Below are positions 54,936 through 60,599 of a stretch of 60,599 bases of DNA, in pieces. The notes below the pieces were generated by a model. That model was not told the DNA's origin and ran no database searches. It was given only the letters and a program-made list of their open reading frames with translations. The stretch comes from a virus: the IMG/VR virus record IMGVR_UViG_3300045988_079978. The stretch is one strand, 5' to 3'. Each line of letters begins with the position of its first letter. The stretch's first letter is position 1. The translations under genes were made by a program, and so were the position numbers.

Positions 54936-55013
54936 TTATTCTCTACCTACCAATTCATCCAAGGTTGTATCAAATATATCTGCTATTCTGATAAGTAGAA
55001 ACACATCTGGCAT
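54936..55013 (-). pseudogene. Remnant of the C-terminal half of an XRE-type HTH
   Basis: MPDVFLLIRIADIFDTTLDELVGRE. The N-terminal half of the domain is absent. Confidence 0.4.
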
Positions 55014-55082
55014 ACGATCACATCCTTGTAATTATATTTTACAAGGATTATATAATAGACTAAAGTATTTTATTGTTAAATC

Positions 55083-56141
55083 TTACAGCCCGAGTAATGC
55101 TTTCCACGTCTTTCTATCGACGATTCCGTTCGCTGGAAGACCTTTTGCTTTCTGGAATGCTTTAATTCCTTTTTGAGTTTTCGGCCCGTTTTTGCCGTCT
55201 GCGGATCCGCAATTGTAGCCAAGTGCATTGAGACGTTCCTGTGCAAGCTTTGTGATAGAACCTTTTGAAGCAGTTCCTAATGTCGGGCAGCCAGCTAATG
55301 TATTCGGTCCGGCAATTCCATCAACTCTCTGATTTGAGAATCCCTGTGCATTGCAGGCAGCCTGCAATCTAGCAACCCATGAATTATTTGCTTTCGCAGC
55401 TGATCGTGTGTTGTAAGCATTGTTCAATTTTGCACGTGTTACTTCACCGGCCAGACCATCCTCTTTGATGTTTACATTATGCTGGAACTTCTTAACAGCC
55501 GTATAGGTTTCTTTTCCGTATTTCCCGTCTGCACCGGAAGGTAATGAATAACCTATAGCAATAAGCTTATTCTGTACATCCTTGACTTCTGCTCCGGCAT
55601 CTCCAATCTGTAACCATGTACGTTTAGTTTCCTCATGTGTCGGAACTGTCGCTACAGGTGCTTTTGTTGCTCCACCCCAGTTCGGAATGCCATATCCAAT
55701 AATCAATGGTGAATTTACGTTAATCTGACGGTCACAGAGCATATCATTTCGATTTCCCTCCCTAACTGTCAAAATATTTCCGTTTCGTGCAATAATGGTT
55801 CCAACATGGTCGGAAATCAGATCTTTATTCCAGTCATAATAAATGATGTATCCGACCTGTGGATTGTACGCATTAGTGTAACGTCCTACCCATTTGCCCC
55901 ACTTTTTCCATATATTAATACCTGTCGGACAATAACAGGTATTTGGTACCTTACCGGCATTCCCAGAAGCATAAGCTACTGCTGACACTGTTGCATGGCA
56001 CCAAGGGTCTGTATGTGTCATTTTGTAAGAACCGGCCGGACGCTGCTTGTTATAAATGTCGATGATAATATCATCCTGGTTTTTTGCTTCGCTATATCCG
56101 TACCATTCCTTTAATTTCTTCTCATATTCTGTCCATCCCAT
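55083..56141 (-). CDS. Endolysin: CHAP/NlpC-P60-like catalytic domain plus two PG_binding_1 repeats
   Basis: Cys DPWCHATV and His SDHVGTI. Two repeats of the G..V..LQ..L..GY...DG.FG..T..AVK.FQ type. Confidence 0.85.
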   Translation of the reverse strand: MGWTEYEKKLKEWYGYSEAKNQDDIIIDIYNKQRPAGSYKMTHTDPWCHATVSAVAYASGNAGKVPNTCYCPTGINIWKKWGKWVGRYTNAYNPQVGYIIYYDWNKDLISDHVGTIIARNGNILTVREGNRNDMLCDRQINVNSPLIIGYGIPNWGGATKAPVATVPTHEETKRTWLQIGDAGAEVKDVQNKLIAIGYSLPSGADGKYGKETYTAVKKFQHNVNIKEDGLAGEVTRAKLNNAYNTRSAAKANNSWVARLQAACNAQGFSNQRVDGIAGPNTLAGCPTLGTASKGSITKLAQERLNALGYNCGSADGKNGPKTQKGIKAFQKAKGLPANGIVDRKTWKALLGL

Positions 56142-56178
56142 AATGAGTTCTCCTTTCGTCTATTAAAAAAGAGGACGA

Positions 56179-56682
56179 TTATTCGCCCTCCGAATCTTTT
56201 TCTTCTATTTTTTCTGTATTAATCTGTTCCTCTACTTGTGATCGGATGTGCTTAACCAATGGCTGTAAGAACGCCGGAATCTTCACACCCATGTCCTGAA
56301 TGTTTTCCAAAATTGAAATAATCTCATTACAGATTAACCACATTGCTACTACACATGCAATCAGGAATGCTACCGGCGACTTCCATCCGATCGTTGTGGA
56401 CGCATACAATAACATTTCATCAATAATTGCTCCGACAACTACCAACAGCCACATAGAGACCTTCTTAAAGATTCCTCTGATACTCTTGTAGGAGTTGATG
56501 TCCTCTGCTCTGTACTTACTGGCCATAAGTCCGGTCATGTAGTCAATTAGATTACATGCCACCAGCAAGATTACCGGCACTGCCAGAACCCCCAGGAGTG
56601 CCGATAAAAAGGCGAATATCGCCGTGAAAATAGCTTTAATATAATTTGCCTGTCCCATTCTCATATACCTCATTTCTTTCAT
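56179..56682 (-). CDS. Holin (phage_holin_4_1 / TcdE-like)
   Basis: Three or four TM helices. Motif NLIDYMTGLMAS...RGIFKKV. Directly upstream of the endolysin. The start is probably an internal ATG (56658). Confidence 0.8.
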   Translation of the reverse strand: MKEMRYMRMGQANYIKAIFTAIFAFLSALLGVLAVPVILLVACNLIDYMTGLMASKYRAEDINSYKSIRGIFKKVSMWLLVVVGAIIDEMLLYASTTIGWKSPVAFLIACVVAMWLICNEIISILENIQDMGVKIPAFLQPLVKHIRSQVEEQINTEKIEEKDSEGE

Positions 56683-56733
56683 TTTTTCTGCATAAAAATA
56701 AGACCCGTTAAGGTCTTGCTCTAATCTCCATAT

Positions 56734-56949
56734 CTACACCTCTTCCCAGCCATACACACCCGGTTCCCAGACATTCCCATCTGCCGTGCTAATCCATGTC
56801 TTGCCGTTATGTGTAACCTTATCGCCCTTGCTGTATGGATTCGTACTGCCTGGTTGTTCCCACTCCGGAATTGTGTCAGTGTCCGGAATAAGCACCTTGG
56901 CGAACAAGGACGGTGCATCCGGGCATTTTTGAAATTTTCTGTTCATCAA
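56734..56949 (-). CDS. Small CBM5/12-like carbohydrate-binding protein (71 aa)
   Basis: The pattern YSKGDKVTHNGKTWISTADGNVWEPGVYGW. Confidence 0.5.
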   Translation of the reverse strand: MMNRKFQKCPDAPSLFAKVLIPDTDTIPEWEQPGSTNPYSKGDKVTHNGKTWISTADGNVWEPGVYGWEEV

Positions 56950-56974
56950 CGCAAAATTTTAATACTCTCATGCG

Positions 56975-57385
56975 CTACCTCCATTTGTAATGTGGTATAT
57001 CTTCGCCCCACAATATATGTCTTATCCAATCATCCAAGACAACCGCCACTGCCGATAAGAAAAACCATATTACGGTAAATGGTAAGCATATCTGACCAAG
57101 TAAATTGAACGGCATATTGCTGTAATCCCATACATTCCAACCAAGCAATAGATTCACGATGCAACCACATACAAATTCCAATGCAGTAATCACAATCGCA
57201 CCGATCAACATCTGCCTTACCAGTGGCATCTTCCGGCATTTTTCGTTGATACAGCCAATCAAAAAGAACGCCAATCCACCGACTATAAACATTGTCCAGT
57301 GGCTACGTCCTCTTGCGGTAAGCTCTATAAACACATAAATCAGACCGCCAATCACAAACAGAATCAGCGGTCTTAATTTCTTCAT
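56975..57385 (-). CDS. Polytopic membrane protein (CmpB / DUF1113-like)
   Basis: Four TM helices and the motif LLGWNVWDYSNMPFNLLGQICL. Confidence 0.5.
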   Translation of the reverse strand: MKKLRPLILFVIGGLIYVFIELTARGRSHWTMFIVGGLAFFLIGCINEKCRKMPLVRQMLIGAIVITALEFVCGCIVNLLLGWNVWDYSNMPFNLLGQICLPFTVIWFFLSAVAVVLDDWIRHILWGEDIPHYKWR

Positions 57386-58062
57386 GACTTCTGAGCCAAC
57401 ATTGCTTTCAGTGGCTCAGACTGATACACTTCTGGAATAGTCATGCCGTAAGTAACCTGTTCAACCTCTTCTTTGCTTTCCAGAGAACGAATATAAATGC
57501 GGAGATCACGGAAATAAGTTATATGCCATGTTACATAGGATAGTGCAGACGAAGTGATTTTTGCCATATCTGCATTGCTGTAGAATTTGCAGTGTTCATC
57601 TTCATCAGAAGTATGCCAAGGAATATTCTCAGCTCCGATTGCGACCTGAGCCTGTAATCCAACAAGGCTAGTCTGGTCGCGCTCAGTCAATGAGAAATGT
57701 TCTGTACTGCCATCAGACAGAGTAACATCAACTCCCTTTGCTATGAGCTTCTGCTGTATGTCGTTCATCTCTGAAACCTTAGATTCTTTTACTTCATCAA
57801 GACTGATTTCCGGTTCTGGTGTCGGTCCCGGTTCAATCGGTTCAACATATACGCTTCCATCGTCAGACAAGATAAACCCATCTTCCAGTTCACGGTATAA
57901 TGTTGTGAACCCATCATATTTTCCAAATACATTACCAGCATTATTCAGTAGGTGAAAACCGGATGTATTTGGTTCTGTACCGGTTATCTCGATAAGATGT
58001 ACACTTAATTTCTTTACAGTTGCTGCAACCGTTTCTGATTGATCTAAAAAAAGTATGTTCAT
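57382..58062 (-). CDS. DUF4376-like protein (tail-fibre assembly / chaperone-like)
   Basis: The C-terminal half (DVTLSDGSTEHFSLTERDQTSLVGL...ITSSALSYVTWHITYFRDL) resembles DUF4376. It lies directly downstream of the fibre cassettes. Confidence 0.45.
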   Translation of the reverse strand: MNILFLDQSETVAATVKKLSVHLIEITGTEPNTSGFHLLNNAGNVFGKYDGFTTLYRELEDGFILSDDGSVYVEPIEPGPTPEPEISLDEVKESKVSEMNDIQQKLIAKGVDVTLSDGSTEHFSLTERDQTSLVGLQAQVAIGAENIPWHTSDEDEHCKFYSNADMAKITSSALSYVTWHITYFRDLRIYIRSLESKEEVEQVTYGMTIPEVYQSEPLKAMLAQKS

Positions 58063-58076
58063 TTTTCAACCTTTCC

Positions 58077-58109
58077 AAAGAGGATTTTATTCAGTTAAAT
58101 AAAAATATA
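58077..58109 (+). repeat. Crossover site S4: a 33-bp perfect inverted repeat of 58739-58771
   Basis: AAAGAGGATTTTATTCAGTTAAATAAAAATATA. Internally it has the arms ATTTTAT / ATAAAAT around the 8-bp spacer TCAGTTAA. Confidence 0.9.
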
Positions 58110-58415
58110 GCCTGCTCACCCTCTGTTAAAAGGCAAGAAACTCTTATATCTTTTCAGAAAAATGCAAAGTATAAGATAGAGCATACTGGACAAATCCAGT
58201 TTGCAGCTGCTTTTTCGTCAACCGCCGGATATTGCAGAATTTATGTATATAATAGTTCCGGCGAAATCGTGTACAGAGAACAACTTAATCCAGCACCTGT
58301 CCCGGCTAACGAGGTAACTACTGGTCAGCTCCAAGTTTACGATGGTTGGGAATTTTCTGCAGAATCTTATAATGCTTTAGTAGCAAATACGCCGAAGTAT
58401 ACGCTTACTTATTAA
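58110..58415 (+). other. Silent tail-fibre C-terminal cassette D (ACSPSVKRQETLISF...TPKYTLTY)
   Basis: Open frame continuous with the L-N-K of S4. There is no RBS or start of its own. Its stop overlaps the stop of cassette C (TTAA). Confidence 0.65.
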
Positions 58416-58738
58416 GCGGATGGATATACATATTCCAACCTATAATTAACTCGCATTGGCCCCTCTCGATTTGCAGGATAAAAATACTGGTATATTGCAC
58501 CATTCCATACCTCCGGGGCATAAAAATGCACTTCTTGTGCCACAGAGTCTCCATTGTACGTTTTTATACTAAGCCGTGGTGCAACATAATCGTTTCCGAA
58601 CAAGCTTTTTAGCTGTTCGAGAGAAAATAGTGCTGCATACCCAGTGTTCATGGCAATGTCAACTACCATCGTGCCAGATACCACCTTTACCAGTCCGCCG
58701 TATAGAGTGTATATTTGCTGTTCGTCTGTATTTTTAAT
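58412..58738 (-). other. Silent tail-fibre C-terminal cassette C (IIKNTDEQQIYTLYGG...LEYVYPSA)
   Basis: Open frame continuous with S3. It converges on cassette D. Confidence 0.65.
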
Positions 58739-58771
58739 TATATTTTTATTTAACTGAATAAAATCCTCTTT
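58739..58771 (-). repeat. Crossover site S3, the inverted partner of S4
   Basis: Exact reverse complement of 58077-58109. Confidence 0.9.
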
Positions 58772-58844
58772 TTTAATATTATTTTTATACAACAAAAACA
58801 CCCGATCAGTAACCGGATGTTTCCGAAATTATATTATCGTGCGC

Positions 58845-59813
58845 TTATGCGCTTAGATATTTTTTGTGGTGGTGTTGTACACTTTCCTGGTCTACAAGGC
58901 AGTACATCATTGTTGTCTCTGTATTAGAATGTCCGGCCAACAACGATGCTTCTTGCAGTGGCATCCCTCTGTTAAGCGCATTGGTCAATGATGTTCCACG
59001 GAATCGGTGCGGAAAAGCCCGAATTCCAAATTGTCTGCCGGTTCGCCGAATCATATCTTCTATTCCAGACTTGGATAGTCGATCATTCGGTTTTCGCAAG
59101 CTGACAAACAATGCCGGATTGCTGTCGGTTCGGCTCTGCAAATATTCTTGTAAATACATATTCGTCCGCTCATTAATATATACCGTCCTTTCTTTTCTAC
59201 CTTTTCCATACACTATCAAATCCTTTGTAGACCATCGTATATCTTCTATATTAAGCCGTGCAAGTTCAGATACTCTGACCGCTGTTGAATAAAGGAATTC
59301 CATCATAGCCTTATCACGTAAGGTTTTACATCCTCTTAACAACTGCTCTCTTTCTGCGTCAGAAAACGGACGTTTCACACGCTTTTCAGTTTTTATCTTT
59401 TCAACGAGAACTATCGGGTTCTTTTGTATTCTGTTTCTGTTGCGAAGCCACCCGAAGAAACTACTGTATATTGCTCGAATGCCTTTCAAAGTGCTGTTTT
59501 TAATACTTCTCGTAATTTTATACGCTCTCATATAGTTGGATATGTCAGAACTATTAATATTCTGTACCGACTTATTTATGTACGACAATAGACGATTTAA
59601 TTCATACCGATATTGATGTATTGTATCTGGTGTTCGTCCCTCCAATGCTTTGGACATAAGAAAATCTTCCATATCGATACGCCAACTGTCATTTTGTATC
59701 ATCAATTCATTTTCGCACATTACTACATGTAGAACAGATCTTAATTCGCTCAGTTGATATTCATTCAAGACATCTTGCATCTTTCTTAATACTTCCATAA
59801 TTTTTCTTTCCAT
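58845..59813 (-). CDS. Tyrosine recombinase (XerC/D-Rci-like), putative tail-fibre invertase
   Basis: Motifs AVRVSEL (R), YGKGRKER (K), FPHRFRGT (HxxR) and LAGHSNTETTMMY (H...Y). It is embedded between the two cassette pairs. Confidence 0.85.
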   Translation of the reverse strand: MERKIMEVLRKMQDVLNEYQLSELRSVLHVVMCENELMIQNDSWRIDMEDFLMSKALEGRTPDTIHQYRYELNRLLSYINKSVQNINSSDISNYMRAYKITRSIKNSTLKGIRAIYSSFFGWLRNRNRIQKNPIVLVEKIKTEKRVKRPFSDAEREQLLRGCKTLRDKAMMEFLYSTAVRVSELARLNIEDIRWSTKDLIVYGKGRKERTVYINERTNMYLQEYLQSRTDSNPALFVSLRKPNDRLSKSGIEDMIRRTGRQFGIRAFPHRFRGTSLTNALNRGMPLQEASLLAGHSNTETTMMYCLVDQESVQHHHKKYLSA

Positions 59814-59856
59814 CTGCTACACTCCTTTTTTGTTTTAGTGTAGCAGATGGCTTTCT

Positions 59857-59874
59857 GAATTAAATAAAAATAGA
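59857..59874 (+). repeat. Crossover site S2 (GAATTAAATAAAAATAGA)
   Basis: It contains the invariant core at 59860-59870, encoding E-L-N-K-N in the cassette frame. Confidence 0.7.
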
Positions 59875-60180
59875 ACTTATAATTTTGATAGCGTCTCTTG
59901 GACGAACCCTACGTATTCGATAACGGAAAAATCCGGAGTAATTTATATTGATTATTATTGCGATCCAGGTGGCGGTGTGGGAGGACATAGCTATCTTGTT
60001 GCTACATTACCTAAAAATATTGCCCCAAATCACCTCATTAGAGCATCAGCGTGGGCGGCAGACGAAGCCGGTGTACGTAACGCTGCATCCGTATCTATTG
60101 ATACAGACGGTAGTATAAAAATTGTTTCAGAAAACAGATTTTACGAAGCAGGTTTTGCTGCTTCATATTGCATTAATTAG
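59857..60180 (+). other. Silent tail-fibre C-terminal cassette B (ELNKNRTYNFDSVSWTNPTYSI...AASYCIN)
   Basis: The frame is open upstream of the listed GTG ORF (59977) back through S2. There is no RBS. Its stop overlaps the stop of cassette A (TTAG). Confidence 0.65.
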
Positions 60181-60500
60181 GATTTGATGGTTAATATTCC
60201 AAAGCCTACTAACGATACATCGTTCGAATAATTTGTACAAACTAAATATGCACCGTGATTAGTTTCCATTTTTATTCTTCCGTATCCAACAACTACATTG
60301 GCAACTTGCATACAAATTGAAAGCGTTTGACTAAATTCAAGGTTAAACGGAATTCCAGCCATAACGAGACCGCCATTAATGTTTATAACCCCACCTTTCA
60401 TTATATTTTCCATTTCAACATATATATGATTATGATCTATATGTCTGTACGTTAAGTTCCAACCATTATTATTGTAAGTTTGCATTGTTGGATCATAATC
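60177..60500 (-). CDS. Expressed tail-fibre C-terminal cassette A (DYDPTMQTYNNNGWN...GILTIKS), the 3' part of the wrap-around gene starting at 291
   Basis: In frame with 291-1 across the circular junction. Confidence 0.75.
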   Translation of the reverse strand, partial: DYDPTMQTYNNNGWNLTYRHIDHNHIYVEMENIMKGGVININGGLVMAGIPFNLEFSQTLSICMQVANVVVGYGRIKMETNHGAYLVCTNYSNDVSLVGFGILTIKS

Positions 60501-60599
60501 ATTTTTTTTATTTAACTCATTAATAACTAACGCATCACAGAAAAAGCCAGGTTCCGTAACGAGACTGGCTTCCTCCAGGCTAACAACCCTGTTTGCGTA
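60501..60599. repeat. Terminal overlap, a duplicate of 1-99
   Basis: Identical sequence. Confidence 0.95.

Noticed and set aside
58020-58801. The listed ORFs 58020-58415 (+) and 58412-58801 (-) as independent protein genes
   Set aside because: Their putative N-termini (MLQPFLIDLKK..., GTG-MFLLYKNNIKK...) have no RBS. The first overlaps the start of the 57382-58062 gene on the opposite strand. Both frames are better explained as promoterless cassettes that begin at the shared KEDFIQLNKNI crossover repeat.
58845-59813. The tyrosine recombinase as the lysogeny integrase
   Set aside because: A complete large serine integrase lies next to a terminator and a gene-fragment-bearing attP at 52886-54866. 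The tyrosine enzyme is enclosed by inverted crossover sites and fibre cassettes, which fits an invertase role.
1-60599. Genome-wide stop-codon recoding (TAG to Q or TGA to W)
   Set aside because: All long late genes (1495, 748, 569, 508 and 428 aa) and the replication genes are uninterrupted under the standard code, and many genes terminate sensibly at TGA or TAG. Only two isolated in-frame stops were found, so point mutations are more likely.
1-60599. Diversity-generating retroelement as the source of fibre variation
   Set aside because: No reverse transcriptase ORF and no template/variable repeat pair with adenine-specific differences were seen. The variation is cassette-based.

Overview
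The window is a complete temperate siphovirus-like phage genome of about 60.5 kb from a low-GC Firmicute. It was assembled as a circle, because bases 1-99 are identical to 60501-60599. Most genes are on the minus strand. The late operon runs from terS (23789) through an accessory and RNA-gene island to terL, portal, scaffold, capsid, neck, tail tube, G/GT chaperones, a 1495-aa tape measure and tail-tip proteins. It then crosses the contig junction into the tail-fibre region, holin and endolysin (55083). The early leftward operon (50863 to 29405) carries Xis/Cro-like and antirepressor genes, an SbcC-like ATPase, RecT-like protein, MBL hydrolase, SSB, ERCC4-like nuclease, replication organizer, primase-helicase, a C5-methyltransferase and many small ORFs. 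The lysogeny module is on the plus strand (51015-54595): XRE repressor, ImmA-like protease, lipoprotein and large serine integrase. It is followed by a probable attP that carries a miaB-like 5' gene fragment. A reverse-oriented accessory operon lies at 25.1-29.4 kb. The strongest finding is a shufflon-like inversion system. A tyrosine recombinase (58845-59813) sits among four unrelated tail-fibre C-terminal cassettes of about 100 aa, arranged as two tail-to-tail pairs. Each cassette is preceded by an in-frame TTAAATAAAAA crossover core, and the contig break falls exactly on the active site. Other notable items: (1) a 1.8-kb ORF-free RNA island with five tRNAs, two tRNA-like elements with expanded anticodon arms and a 785-nt hairpin-dense segment that may be a ROOL/GOLLD-like RNA; (2) a membrane-anchored Mrr-type nuclease moron with its own promoter and terminator inside the tail module; (3) a tandem DUF2829 (Tad2-like) protein; (4) TTGTGCCTTAT iterons around a ribbon-helix-helix gene; (5) three accessory genes inactivated by changes consistent with single GC-to-AT transitions. 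All calls rest on reading the sequence and ORF translations; no database searches were run.
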